Assembly: GCA_047495785.1 (NCBI GenBank)
Contig: JBLDXI010000042.1
Span: 682,001-746,000, forward strand
Reading direction: 5' to 3'
Length of the DNA stretch: 64,000 bases
Source: Lepidodermella squamata
Lineage: Eukaryota > Animalia > Gastrotricha
Positions within the stretch are counted from its first letter, which is position 1. The number at the start of each line of letters is the position of its first letter. The position numbers and the translations under genes are program-made. Below, one piece after another: positions 1 to 13,229 of this stretch. The notes below the pieces were generated by a model, which made no database searches, was not told the origin of the DNA, and was given only the letters and a program-made list of their open reading frames with translations.

Positions 1-2898
1 GAGCCAGACCCGGTCTTTTAAGAAGGGAAAGCTATAACGAGGGCTGTAATTGAATGCAGGAGCTAAAAATAGACCGTTGCCATGTCTTAAGACAGTTGCC
101 GTGGCAACGCGCAGAAAGAGACAGACACGGATTACGTGTCATTGCAAATTTCGCTCGCTAAAGGCTGTTAAACAATGACACTATGAATCATTAGTTCTTC
201 GCCAAGTTTTTATTCTTATTTGCCAGGGCGGCTTCGATTTAACTGGTTGGCCTTGTTTTTTTACTCTGATTTTAAGTCCTGCCTGGGGTTAACGAATAAA
301 AAAAACCTGGAATCTCATTATTTCAATTTACTTCAAAAATGCCCAGCTCGTCCGATTTCGCAAACAAATTTCATTTGAAATCACAGCTCATTTGACAAAA
401 TCAATCACCTTGGTCAAGATTTACCAGAATACTTCTGAATCACCAGCAAATTCAGCCAAACATGCTCAAGATAATGCTGTGTTCAATTCATAACTCATGC
501 TTAATTCGTAGAATTATTTAAAAAACAATCTGAAATTTGAAACAATTAGGATGAAAAATGTATTTTCGACAATTTGTTCGCGGTTAACCTGACTTTTTCT
601 TTTTTAAATTCATCGAATTAATGGCATTGAGCAATCACGGACCGATTTCACGGCATAAGACGTGTGGTTCCGTCAAGAGGGCGTTTAGATTGAATGGAAT
701 ACATTTGCATCTTCTCAGGCGTGATCTCATTTTCATTCGACTGGCCTATTAAGATCCGAGCAAGGTAAAAATCGGGCAGAAGCTCCCGCCGCCCCTCCTC
801 GGGATGTTGCGATTTTCAAAGTCAAATTCGAATGATTAAAAGTTGTAAAAAACCCGTAAAATTGCCAAGGCGTTGAGCAATGAAATCGTAGAGTAGTGGC
901 AGCCAGTTTCATGTTAGATCAGGCCTATCGACTATCGAAAATCGGCTAATAATCCAATAACTTAGGACAACTGGAACGAATGAAAACGATCTAATTTTAT
1001 GAGAATAAATCCGTGTATCGAAATTAAAATAAATCGTACAACCAGGACGCGATTCTTCATGATTACGCAACACAGCCGGGAACAAAATTGGGGAAACAGT
1101 TTCCTTAAAAAAATCACGAATTAAATCCTAATTTGATCATGCTAATAATGCTTGTAAATTGCAAGAGATTTTCTGGCCGGGAAAAAGCTAAAACTTGAAA
1201 AATCAGGGCAATTCAGATGAGTCTTTTAGTTGATCAGCAATTGGCCTGAGGGAAAATCAGCAAATCAAGGAGAGCTAAGATTGACGGGCATTTTTATAGT
1301 TATTGAAATGAATTGCTGATTTTTTCTGATAAATTGGCGTAATTTCTGATAGAAAAGTTTAACAAAAAACAAGACGACTCGCAGCACGACTTGAGTAGCA
1401 GCTAATCCTCACACTCTGTTGCATAATCACAGCCATTTCAAAGCCACAAGAACAGGTTAATGCACTGATGATCTTTCAACTCGTTTGAACTAAACTTGAA
1501 ATAACTGGACCTCTCAAAACCACGACATCGCGCCGCTAGGTTTCTATGAACGCTTTATTATTTTAATTTTTCACGCTTAATTTTTTTAATCTGTCGAAAA
1601 ATTATTATTTGTTTAATTAAAAATGTACAACCAATTTATTTAGCAGGGTCCAAAATAACGGTCTACAAACGAGGGAGTTCTTTTAAGGAGGGTGCCACTA
1701 ACGAGGGAGCACTGTAATTGTATAAAACAAGAGAAAACAGGAAAATCCCAGATCCAGCGCAGTACCGGACGGTGCTGGATTGGCGTGAAGCAATGTAAAT
1801 ACTCGGCGACCTGATATAGCATGATCAGTGCTCGACAGTGCTCGACAGCCAGCCCTCCATCCTGCCTCATCCAGCACCGCCATCCAGCACCTGCACTGAA
1901 TGGCATGAATTTGCGTGAAAAAAACAGCGACGCGTAGGAACGAACTCGAGATCTTCAATGCTTCTAGCAGCTACTACGCAACTATGCCACGGTCGCTTCT
2001 ATATTTGTATAGTATAGCATGAGTAAAGAGTTCAGATATAAACGATTTACGAATTTTATACCGTAAAATATCGAATTGGCCAAGCTACTCGACCTATATT
2101 TTGGAGGACAATTCTATATTTGATATATCGCAAATACGTGTTTAGACATGTTTACATTTACACATGTTCCCTTCGAAACCGAACATCCTGCCGTAGTCGC
2201 GAAAAAAATCTGCCGGTTAATTTGAGAATATAATTTACTTAAATAGTTTTTAAAAACTTTTAAAAATATTTTAAATTTTATTTTCAATTGCAAAATGCCT
2301 TTGCAAATTGCAAAATGGTTTTCAAATTTTAGCCGTTAAAACGCCTGAAATCAGGGTTTTCTAACCCAGTTCTTAAAATAGTCAGCGAGCGCGTTGCTCC
2401 ATGCCTGACAAATTTCAAATCATTAAAGCCAGCTGAATGCAATAGCCGCGTCCTTTTTTCTTAATCTATCTCAGTTTCCGCGCTGTGATATACCCAAAAT
2501 CGGTAAAAAGAGCCTAAAATTGCGGTTTTTTGCCATCGAAATTCACCGCTGGGATCAAAAAGACATCCATATAATGTGGTGTTCTGCTGTCATTGAGGAT
2601 GCTAATGGTATCAAGCGGCCCTGATAAATAATTGCTCAAGTTTGAGTCCGCAGATCAGAGAAATGCACCCTTTTATTGCCAAAGTGCAATGCAACAAGCT
2701 GTTTCACGGTAAAAATGGTATTGGCATCATATAAGTGGATGGAATGACGGGTAACAAAGTGTCGCGATTACATCTATTCGCGACACCCCAGCACCCCTGT
2801 ACTTCGCACCCTGATTACATTCAATATAAACTATCAACACGAGCGAAGGAAAATAAATGGATAGAATAGGCTCCAAAACGAACATTGTTATATATGTA

Positions 2899-3783
2899 CA
2901 GTATGGGGCATAAATGTTGAGCCGACTTTATTTCTCCGCAGTGTAGTCATTTTGGCTTCGATTTCTACATATCTTACACCGTTGGAACGCCCATGAAAAA
3001 CAGTTTCTTCCCCTGAAGTTCTAGCAAATTTGAGACGTCAAGCTGGTTGCTCAAAGACACGGAACTTTTTGTTACAACTATGCCAGTTTTGAGGCTCACT
3101 GAGTTCTAAAAAGTCCCTATTTCAACTGGGCTAGCTGTAAAATGGCCCAGATAGCCATGAATCTGACGAAAAAGGTCATTTTTCGCGACATTTTGTGCCG
3201 AAAGAGACTTGCGCTAACATGCTACGGATAACAAGCCTTAGCTTTTTCACTCGCTTGTGAGCTTGCTAAGCGTTGTCGTAGGCCTATTTCATGCCGAGGT
3301 TGTCGAATTAGTTTTTGAAGTTGACTGCTAACCCTTTGAGTGAAAAATGATCCATCTGCTCTTCGTCGTATCGCTTATTTGGCTAATATTAGGGATGTGT
3401 GCCTCTATGGTATAGCTTCTCTTTATCGCATCATCGTGTCGCAATGGGGCACATATCAATGTCCCAAATCATTGCCAGAGATGCCTGGAGCACGCCGGGA
3501 TAGTGACGTGTCCATTATTTAGGGTTTGGAAGCGTCCAGAATTTGCCTTTGATGTGTACGAAAACTAGAATTTAAATTTTTGAAATATGGTGATTTTTGT
3601 GCGATCAACACGGCTTCTTCAAGTTGCTACAACTTGGATTCGGTCCGGATGCCTTAAGCGAAATTGTAGGGGAATAAATGATTTTTCATGAGCTTTCCTA
3701 CGGCATAAGATATGTGAGAATCGGAGCCGAAATGACTACGCTGTGAATAAATAAAGTCGGCTCAATATTTATGCCCCATACTG
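2899..3783. mobile_element. Non-autonomous Tc1/mariner-type TIR element (885 bp)
   Basis: TA at 2897-2898 and 3784-3785. Ends CAGTATGGGGCATAAAT(G/A)TTGAGCCGACTTTATTT form an imperfect inverted repeat extending about 130 bp. No transposase ORF. Confidence 0.85.
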
Positions 3784-4018
3784 TACTTTGATAAAACAGA
3801 ATTTATGGATAAGACGACCAAGAGACTACGAAGCGTGCGGTTTTTTGTTCATTACAAGAATGAATCAGCTACATCTTTATCATGTTTTGCAGTCATCAAA
3901 CAAAAATAAGCTAGATATATTTATCTAGAAATATAAAAATATCGTTACAGCAACCAGGTTTGTCAGATTTCCAGATTTCTTTACAATAATAGGATATATA
4001 AGAGATATGTTATAAGAA

Positions 4019-4879
4019 TTATGAGAGCATTTCAGGAATCGCATAGGAAGCACAGAGAATTTTTATGACTTGTTGTTGATCAATCGCCATCGAATTGCCG
4101 TTAATGTTCAGGCAAGTAATGCTCCCCATCAGCGGCTCGACGGGAGTAGCCAAAGACCTGCGCAATCGGACAAAAGAAAAAATTCAATTAGCTAACGTCA
4201 CGCAAGTAACAAACTCTGCCAAGTGAAATGTTCCCGATACGGTAATGGCTGGAGTGTGGAAACTTTGGATCCTCTTAAATCGCACACGAAGGAGAGCGTT
4301 TTTCCCGCTTCGTAATAGGAAATCTGAATAAAATGCCACTCGATTCCGCTCCATTCAGAACAGCGAACTGTTAAATCAGCCGACCCATCGCCTTACGGCC
4401 TGAGAAAGGTTTGATTGACATCGGCCGTAATTCTGAAGTCCGTATTCGATCCATCGGGCGCAAAGTCCAGGATCGTGCCTCTCTGCTTGGCCGAAGTGGC
4501 GTAAAATGTCATCGAGAAACCTTCATCTAGCTTGATCTTTTCGGTAGTTACAGCAATAGGATCGGTTGAATTGAAATAAAACGCCGTGTTAGGCCGACCG
4601 AACGGCCCTGCGACTCCTTGAAGAGCGGTATTTGGGGTCGTAAAATCAGCTCTTGGCTCTATGCCAGTGCGCGAAGTACGGGGGGGAATGAAGGGTATCG
4701 TACCCCCCAGTTCACGAGGCCAACGCGGAAAATCCCCCAAACAACCACAGGGGGGACCCTTTGGTCATAAAATTGGGACCCGAAAATACCCCCTAGTTCG
4801 AGGATCCTACTTCGCGCACTGCTCTATGCTGTCATTCAGATCAGAAACAAAAGGCCAAAAGGCTACACCTTCAACTATC
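4019..4879 (-). pseudogene. 3' part of LamG-family paralogue A (last two exons)
   Basis: Translation (FWPFVSDLND..IEPRADFTTPNTALQGVAGPFGRPNTAFYFNSTDPIAV; last exon SLATPVEPLMGSITCLNING..CASYAIPEMLS*) aligns with gene 32912-36288. In-frame stop at 4393-4395 and a MITE insertion at 4665-4821. Confidence 0.85.
4665..4821. mobile_element. hAT-type MITE (157 bp)
   Basis: TIR CAGTGCGCGAAGTA...TACTTCGCGCACTG with 8-bp TSD CTCTATGC (4657-4664, 4822-4829). Removing it restores the LamG reading frame. A related right half lies at about 53720-53800. Confidence 0.9.
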
Positions 4880-5170
4880 AACAGGGTTGGGGTTTATACA
4901 GATATTTCAAATTTCGGATCTGTTTAAACGTTTAAACACATGTTTAAACAGGTATATATACAGATAGTGTAAAAATGGGTATTTTGCTCCAAGCTACATC
5001 TCGTTAACCATATCTCTAGTTGAATTTTAAGTTGCACCCCAAAATCTGTCTGGTTTAGAGAGTCCAGTTGAGACAGTAAAATTATAATGTAAAGACCACC
5101 CTTTCCGATCGAGCCATACGAAAACGTGTGTTTCTGATTGATTATGATTATTTCATTTCACATTTCACAG

Positions 5171-5653
5171 AGAGCCGTCAAATGCGCCACAAACAATGGC
5201 AATCAGTGCTATGGAGTTTTCCCGAGTGGTACGCGGGTAAGCGGATCGTCTAGACGCGGTAAAAAATATGTAAACTGATTTCCGTGATTATAGCTTAAAG
5301 TCTACGGCAACATTATTTAAGGAAAATCACGACGCTTGCAAGGCGGAAGCCACGGAAAATACGGTTTGATTTTCGATGGCGAAACGTGAAAAATATGAGG
5401 CATTTCTTTCTAGCAACTTCATTCAAGTACACATAAGTAAGCGCGATGATTGTAGGTCATCTTAGTTTCTCTTGTTTGCTGCATAGATCAGAGCTACGCG
5501 GTAGCTCTCAATGGAGCATTGCCAAGCGTTGATCCGAATTCTGGATTCGTTGCTATATCCTACAACCGCGATGCGGACAAGTTTCTAATCATTCGTGATA
5601 ACTTTGTGCACGAAGAATCGCTCACTTCCAAGCCGCTGGTTAGCACGAACATG
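5171..5653 (+). pseudogene. Middle exons of LamG-family paralogue A (inverted, + strand)
   Basis: Exons RAVKCATNNGNQCYGVFPSGTR (5171-5236), LKVYGN..(frameshift)..FKENHDACKAEATENT and DQSYA..PSVDPNSGFVAISYNRDADKFLIIRDNFVHE..VSTNM match exons of gene 32912-36288. The last exon is cut at 5653. Confidence 0.85.
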
Positions 5654-5690
5654 CCGGGTGAAACCCGGTACTATACTGTCAAATTTGCCT

Positions 5691-5719
5691 GTCCGTCCGT
5701 CTGTCCGTCCGTCCGTCTG
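5691..5719 (+). repeat. (GTCC/GTCT)n microsatellite at the 5' end of the Helentron
   Basis: gtccgtccgtctgtccgtccgtccgtctg directly after the 5' subTIR hairpin, the layout known for DINE-1/HINE elements. Confidence 0.85.
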
Positions 5720-6994
5720 AAGCCGCGCACGCGCGCACTTGACCCGCACACCTTCAATAAATAAAATGCCTTGCGCGCACAGGCAAAATAATAAAACCCC
5801 TATTCTTTCCCCGAATTTATCGTTTGCTCCAGAACTCCAGAACTATCAGGAATCTTTCGATGCGGTTTTCAGCGAATGATAGGTCTAGTTTGTTGTCACA
5901 ATTCCATAAAATTTCGTCCGAAAGAGATACTCGCAAAAACAAAAACACTGATAGCGAACGTGACTCGTGGCTGCGAAAATTCGTTATTACTGTTATTTTT
6001 GTTTCACTACCCAATTTACATGCGAATTATAAATAAATTAGCGAAATGCATCGTGTAGTGGTGTAAATGCGGTGTAAATGCGGTGAAATGACAGGATTTG
6101 AATTAATTATTATTTCAGCTTATTCCTATTCCTATTCAACCGATTTCAAACATAGTGAAAATTTAGTTCTTAATTTGTACAGTTCAGGAAATATTTGGAA
6201 ATTGAAGAATAATGTACAAAATGCGGAACACAAAATTTACCGGAACCAACAAGCAACAAACTTTGTAATAATTAATTCGCCTAAAAATCCATAATCCCCT
6301 TCTGAGATTTTCCGGAATTTTACAACTAATACAAAACTCATAAATTAATTGAACGCTGAAATGATCCGTGATTTTCAGTATATCTTATGGGTATAATGGC
6401 TGGTAATTTTATTTTCAGTGTTGCGTGTTGCTGCCAGCGATTTCCCTGATATTTCCCTCGTGCGAATTTCGACGGGTTGCATACTATAGGTAATAGACGA
6501 ATAATTAGTTATTATGACAATAGCTTATCATAAAAACCACACGCTTCGAATCTCGACGGTCTGGACCGTCCAGAAATTGACATAAATAATAAATATTATC
6601 GAAATTATCTCTGAATTTGGCATTGCGTCGGGCGATATGCAACTCGAAGAAAGGTCACTCCCAAATCGCTAATATGGCACATGTGAATTGAACTTCTCTT
6701 AAATTGCCGTTTCTCTTTGCAAATATTAACTCAAGCCAAGCCGTTATGCGATTTGCACGCGTTTGCCAATTATTGTAAGCCAATTAGGATTTTTCTAATT
6801 ATTTATTTATTTATTTTATTATTTATTTAAAAACTATTAAATCCAAGAGAGGGAAGCTTGAAATTATTAGATTTATTGCAAATATTTATTTTCATTTTAT
6901 TGCAAATAGGTCAGCGGAAAAAAATTTCGTCATGGAGAATGCAATTAAATGAATGAAATGAGAACTGTTATCGATCCTGAACGAATTTCCTCAT

Positions 6995-7381
6995 CTACGC
7001 AGCGCCCATCATTTGGCGCAAGTAATCCGCCCAAGGTGACGTTGGCTGCCATATAGCCGAAGTTTCACGGGTGCAACGGGCTGAAAAAACACCGCCCGAC
7101 TTCACTTCTACCTCGAGTACCACAATGGTGACGCCCTTGTGAAACAAATCAGCCACCCTGTTGTTGTGCAAAGCCATAAAATCGACAACCACGTCCGGCT
7201 GCAGGTTCGGGAGTGTGGCACAGAGGAACACATTTGCGCCGAGTCTACGCTCCATCAGCGCGACGGTCATATCCACGTTGTGGATGCCGTAGCCCAATTG
7301 GCTCAGCTTGGGTGGAGGACGCGGCGAGATGGGACGTTCGGCAACACGGCTGGCGGTGTCTGAATTCCAGGCGATCTGCAT
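6995..7381 (-). CDS. Helentron accessory protein 1, ~128 aa, putative OB-fold
   Basis: Open ORF preceded by acceptor tttcag (7412-7417). Pattern LSQLGYGIHNVDMTV..DLFHKGVTIVVLEVEV looks OB-like. Clear paralogue at 10191-10397 (NNR..LF..GVTI..ARC...W.P.SPWAD.L). Confidence 0.55.
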   Translation of the reverse strand: MQIAWNSDTASRVAERPISPRPPPKLSQLGYGIHNVDMTVALMERRLGANVFLCATLPNLQPDVVVDFMALHNNRVADLFHKGVTIVVLEVEVKSGGVFSARCTRETSAIWQPTSPWADYLRQMMGAA

Positions 7382-7929
7382 TCGATGCAGGAGCGGACGG
7401 GTTCTCAAATTCTGAAATATAAATTGACAAAATTGCCGAATAGTCAAAAACACCAAATGTATAGACGAATCCGTACCAGTACTTAATTGAGTGCGAATTT
7501 ATTACCGACCATTTATTTAGTTCAATTTTAAAATGAATCGCTGTTCCCTCATTTTCAATCATAAATTAGCATCTAAAATATTTCCCTGTAATTCTATTCT
7601 CATTCATATAGCATTCAATTTTAGGCAGACCGTCATAACAGCAAATACCGAAAACAGCAAACGCGACAAAACAGCAACTTTTTCAACTTGCGACATTACA
7701 GCAGAAACACGATGCATCTTTTACATAGGAAGTTTTCGCTGCTTTGTCACCGTGCCCAATCCTAATAATTTTATTCAAAGAAACAAACACGTGCTATAGT
7801 GATGAACCACGATATACGGTCATAAGTGCCATTCAAGATTGATTTCATCTCCCAAAAATTCGAAAATAGTTGAATTTAATAGATAAATGGACAAATATAA
7901 ATTGAGAAATTCTTGAAGATATCCAGTAA

Positions 7930-8296
7930 TCAAGACATGAGGTCCAATTGAATTCGATTGTCTTTAAAAACAGCCGTGAAATGCATCCTTACGTTAGTTG
8001 TGCGAAATCGTGCCAAGGCATAGGTTGTATTCGGGGCGAGAGAGGCCAACATTGGAATCTGGGCACCAAAAGCAACAACCCTCACGAACCAGTCGCCAGC
8101 CCAGAACTCAGCTTCCTGATATGGCAATGTGCTTTGAGATGCCGTTCTGTTAAATGGAATAGTCAAAACGAGAGCGAAACGAGAGTCGTAATTAGAACCT
8201 GTTTTCATTGGTCACCACTGTGAACGGGACGTTGAAGGGCACCGAACTTGCGGTTGTGGTAAAAGAAGAAAAGACCCGCGATTCCAGCTGAGACAT
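7930..8296 (-). CDS. Helentron accessory protein 2, 104 aa, putative single OB-fold (RPA/SSB-like)
   Basis: Exons 8296-8199 and 8146-7930 are joined in frame by a 52-bp GT-AG intron, with TATAAAA upstream (about 8384-8390). FNVPFTVVT..EAEFWAGDWFVRVVAFGAQIPMLASLAPNTTYALARF resembles the RPA70-type IRATAF..L....VY pattern. Confidence 0.6.
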
Positions 8297-8589
8297 TTTG
8301 CACTGAGAACAAAGAGATGAAAGAACTAGAGAGTACAAGCCTGTAATGAATGCACGATGTTAATTTCGCAAGCCAAAAGCGGCTTTTATATCCGATGGCT
8401 ACAATGGTTTCCCGCCTCATTGAGCCCAGGTCCAAAACAGATCGCGCGCTGTTCGAAGCGTAGCCGTCGCAACCATTGTGATGGCACCCAACAGAATGGC
8501 CAGCTCACTGATCGCATTGTAATTTTTTTAAACAGATAATATTAGAGCATGCGATCATGCCCAGGTTCAAGGTCCGAAACTGATCGTGC

Positions 8590-8870
8590 ACATCATATAG
8601 CATTCAATTCAAATTTACGAACGATTTTATTCAAGGAATCGAACGCGTGCTATAGGATCGATATACGGCCATTTAAGATTGCTCTCATCTCACGAAAATA
8701 GTTGAATTTAATAGATAAAATGGACAAAAAGAATTTGAGTTATTGACTTGATATTTGATGGTCTTTACAACAGGCGTCCATTACGTTAGTGCGAAAGTCA
8801 TTGTATTCGGAGGTTGCCTTCGGAGCCAGAAAGGCTAATATTGGGATCAAAACATCAGTTAAGATGCCTT
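8590..8870 (-). pseudogene. Degenerate tandem duplicate of the 3' end and flank of accessory gene 2
   Basis: 8626-8850 aligns with gaps to 7770-8060 (ttttattcaa..gtgctatag..gaaaatagttgaatttaatagataaa..gtcttta..ttacgttagt..ttgtattcgg). Confidence 0.6.
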
Positions 8871-9696
8871 AAATCGCTGTCCAGCTTATATTTGATGGAT
8901 TATTTTACTATTTATTCGCGAAATGAAACCTGTATTAATTTCAATCATGCAATCGTTAGCGATTTCCATCAAAGTTAACCGATCAGCACGGCCTGAGATG
9001 AGCTCCGAACAGCCAGCATAACCTGCTGCAAAAACAGTAAAGCCGTCAGACTGGCTTATCAGATATTTGACGCGGTATTACGATTTAGCTGCGGTCGAAT
9101 CTTCTTAATCCGCGCGGTGATAGGTCTTTTCTGACCGGCCTTGACCGGCCTTCGAGCCGGTCAGTTCATGATAGACGTGCCGATTGTGCTTTCCCTGTTG
9201 CGATGCTCACTGAAAAATTGATCACAACGTTGAAACTCGGTTTTAATAAAAACGCTATTTCTCGCAATTTTCTACGTTATGGTTCCAGCCGATGAACTTG
9301 ACTTTTATGGGTTAATTTCAGAGCAATCCGACAAATGGCTTGTAATTATCAGAGTAAATTTCCAAACTTCGAGCGAGCGAGTTGTTCTCTAGAAAGCCGT
9401 GTATAACAAGTTCCAAGTGCCGTAGTCGGTGATTCGAAATTCTTCCAATCCAATGGACCCAAGCTGTGTACCTCATGCCGAAAATGGCCATCGCCAAATC
9501 AGTTTTCGGATGCGAGTCTCGATGCGGAATTTAAATGTTGGCCTTGAATCGGCCGAAAAACAGCAACTAATATTCCCGTTGATTCGGTTGTCTTTATTTG
9601 CTTCATTATTGATACATTCTTTTTTCCCACAAATTCAGCTATTTGCTGTGGCAAAAATGGAGAAAATTCACAACATTCGCTCAAATCACAATAAAA

Positions 9697-9924
9697 TCAC
9701 TGTTTTCCACGACCGAATATACTGGTGAATTTTTGACATTTCGTAGCATATTTCAATACATATCTGCTGCATTGTTGCAGCTTAACGTCCATATTGTACC
9801 TGCTAACCACCGTGAGATTGCCGTATAAAATAGTCATTCGAATCTCTTCGATCGGACCATGTGGTAAAACGGCCAATGGCTGGTTTCGCAAAAGGGCTTG
9901 CTTACGAGAGTCTTCCATATTCAT
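9697..9924 (-). CDS. Possible third accessory ORF/exon, weakly OB-like
   Basis: Acceptor tttctag immediately upstream. EEIRMTILYG..KLQQCSRYVLK resembles the OB beta3-beta4 pattern only loosely. Confidence 0.3.
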   Translation of the reverse strand: MNMEDSRKQALLRNQPLAVLPHGPIEEIRMTILYGNLTVVSRYNMDVKLQQCSRYVLKYATKCQKFTSIFGRGKQ

Positions 9925-10129
9925 AGGTATCTAGAAAATCAAATTTTAATTTCAATATACTTAGCAAAAGTTTTCGGAAAATGCAATAATGCGTCGCCTT
10001 TATTAATTTTCGCCACAACACAACTGCCCGGTAGTTCATCACGAAAATGATCATCAAGAATGTTAGCTTTTCAAACTTTCAGCTGATAGAAACTGATTAG
10101 GTAGGTGGAGGCGGAATAACAAGCGGATT

Positions 10130-10397
10130 AATATAAGGATTGACGAGAACCAGCCTGGTTGTTCGACGAAACACAATCATCAAGGGATGAGTGAAATTAT
10201 CATTGTCCAATCTCCGCAACAACCGATCCCAGGAACTCTTCATCGCTGGAGTTACCATTTTGGCACTACAGCACGTCATCATCGATGTTTCCGACAGCAG
10301 AACCATCACTGCTCGCTGCTCGAAGCTGACGGCCGCAACCTGGCTGCCGGTCTCGCCATGGGCGGACCATCTCTGCAGGGTCATGGGGCAAATATGA
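10130..10397 (+). pseudogene. Frameshifted paralogue of accessory protein 1
   Basis: LRNNRSQELFIAGVTILAL..ARCSKLTAATWLPVSPWADHLCRVMG versus LHNNRVADLFHKGVTIVVL..ARCTRETSAIWQPTSPWADYLRQMMG. Upstream part is out of frame or contains stops. Confidence 0.7.
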
Positions 10398-13229
10398 CCC
10401 ATTTGAACCATTAACGAATTTCACGAACAAAAAATCTGAAAAATAATTAATGATGGCGTCAGTTGCACGTCGGATGCTTTTAAAAGTTCAGATTCTTCTT
10501 TCCGAGACCATGATGAAACGCAATTATTATTATTATTCTGCGATTATTACGGACCTATATGCGAATAAATGCAAGTTTAGAAATTTGAGTCATCTTCAAT
10601 TTTTAAATTATATATCGAGTCCCCATTAATCTATGAAAATGTGTTAGGTCGGAGCAACATGATTAATTTTGTAATGCTCAATTTTCGGAACACAAAGCAA
10701 TCAGTCTAAACACACAGCTCCCGATTTGTCGCGGCGCTATAAGTAACGTGTATTATCGTGAGTTCACTTTTTCCTCATATAATTTCCTCATAATATAGAG
10801 TGATGATTTAAGCTGAACTTTTATGAGGGGTTTGATTTATCTTATTTATCTTTGGAAATGCGGATAGAAGTAAAAAATATAGGAATAATCCAGCTTGATA
10901 GGATTATCATTTCGTTTCCTGAAATCGCTTTCAAGCCCAAAACCTGACGGGGTCACTTCCTTCTTCATCTCTGAAAATTTAAATGATGGGGTAATTGAAT
11001 ATTCGAAGATGAATGCATTCTGCCATTGAAAATCTCGCTGATTTATTTTTACCTTGATATTACATATCTCTGCTGTCCTATATTATTACGGTATCAGTGG
11101 AAGCAAATTCCGAAACTTTATACCCCTGTTTTACCGTAACTCATGCTGGGAATGAGCGTAAATGACCTTATATCGCATACGAATTCCTCATGGAAAAATG
11201 GTGAAACGTGCTGAGTGCTGACTGAAACTTACTCTGCCGTTCCTCCAAAAATACTTTCCGAAAAACACGGATAATTCCAGTGTATAGAGCAAAGGAAGAT
11301 CCATCCACGATTTTGCGATTCGAAAACGGCCTATCGCCGATAAAATTGCGCGAAAATTGAAAATTTTACACATAAAAACAATGGAGGAGAAAAATTAAAA
11401 TGTATCAAAATTTTTATGGTGGAGTTTTTCACTCGGTATTCGAAATTAATTCGTTGCTATTACGAGATAGGAAGTTTCCTCTCTGATCAACTACGTTCTC
11501 TATGATCAAGATATAACAGATTAAAGTTTCGCTAAATAGAAAAATAGACAAATTTTTGCGCATCGCTATCTCCTCTTTGGTAGCGCTTAATTGAACAAGA
11601 TTTGCGTTGCCAAACTCGTGATGATTCGCCAAAAATAACCCTTTCAAAGTTAAGCATTAAACGCTCAATGCCGTTTTTCACAATGCGACTGAAAAATAAG
11701 CAGTTTTCAGGTCGATCACCAGTAATTAGTCGAAATAAAAAAAATCCATTTTAAAAAACGTGCTGACTTTTTGTAGAGACTGTTAGCATTGAATTTCCTC
11801 TCTTGTTATTCTGATCTCTATGATTCCGTGGGTGCGATACCCAACGGCGATTCGATTTCCATCCTAAATCGAAGCCAGGTCTCGAATCACTGGTGAGGAT
11901 CCTAAATCTCAAAATGGAAAACTTGGACATCACTTATCACAGTTTTCGTTCTCGTTTCCGGAATCCATAATGAGGGCATAAACATAACACAGGCAACAGG
12001 TGACTACATTCAAGATTAATCAATTGCTCGACAATTTTCAAAATTATTCGAAAATGTAATTAGCCATTCCAGTTAATCTGGCAAAGGCGTAGCTTGCCGC
12101 CTCGGCGCTCCGCTCAAAGGGTCACGGCCGCAACAGTCTGCCAATACAGAAAATATTACCTTACAAACAACGCAATATGCATAGCCGCTGAATTCGTATA
12201 AAATATCGCTAAACAACTGCGGGAAAAATGAGCAACAATTAGTTTACATCCTTTTATAACAGCAAATGAATTTGTAAGCAATTTTGAATTTTTCCTGAAA
12301 CATAGCGACTCGCAAATAATTTACAAAAATATAAAAAAATGTAATGAAAAATTAGCAGATTTGTAATCCGGTACAACTTTGAACATTTCACGCAATTAAG
12401 CTTTTCTCTGAAACCATGGGGATGTACCGCTTGGGAATTTTACTGAATATAGGCCTCGGTGAGATCTAACATTTTGCCAAGTTTCATCAACACCGTCTCT
12501 TCCTTGAAATTCCCGAAAAAAACAACGTTTTGGCCTACTTTGAAGTGTTGTCCTGCGATAACCGCAGCTGATATCCGCGCGCTCCAACTTAGCGAATTCA
12601 AGCTTATACTTTTTTGAATAAGTACCCAAAAAGGCACTGAGTCGGATGAATTAATCACCAAATTAGCTGCCAAATTTTGCGTCAGTCCCAGATTTGCTGA
12701 AAGACTCGGTCATTGCCGACACCATTTAAAATGTTAAAATCACATGGATTATTCTATACCAGCGTTTCCTGAACCGTGTCCTGAAGGACACCAGTGTCGA
12801 TAATTGTTCTATTGAACGATTTTTTATTTCATAGCGTGATTTTCAAGTAGAATTTCCTAGAATTTCCTAGAATTAGTCCTCATAGTCGGCGGAATATCGA
12901 TATTTTTTCTTCGGAAGCTTGACAATTGTGTTCCCACATGGTTGGTTATTTTTTGCTTCAATGGAAAATGTGATTCTCCTATGATTGAGGCTATTCCTGT
13001 ACAATACAGAAACACTTTTATTAAGATGGACTTTTTATTATCGCATTTTCCTATATGAATGGCGTACAAGATCACTTTTTCCCGCACTTTCTAGCTACGT
13101 TTCTCCGAGTTTTTAGCAAATACAGAGGAGAAAAGCAATCTCGGATTTACTCAGAATACAGAAACACTTTTCTTGTACGAATGACTGTATGAATCGAGGT
13201 TCCGCAGGATAGACATAGGATAGATAGGA

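Noticed and set aside
1-64. Possible minus-strand exon (..APAFNYSPRYSFPFLKDRVWL) running off the window edge
   Set aside because: Too short, only an acceptor-like ttttag supports it, and no recognisable motif.
1640-1958. Overlapping 86-88-aa minus-strand ORFs
   Set aside because: No ATG-anchored coherent product or family motif; contains a 10-bp tandem duplication suggesting decay.
6050-6090. tRNA A-box-like gtagtggtgtaa sequence
   Set aside because: No B-box or cloverleaf follows; it is a short tandem repeat (ggtgtaaatgc).
11050-12730. Coding-like stretches inside the Helentron (ORFs 11429-11647, 12396-12673)
   Set aside because: Multiple stops in most frames and no identifiable motif, including no HUH motif; could be decayed cargo but cannot be supported.
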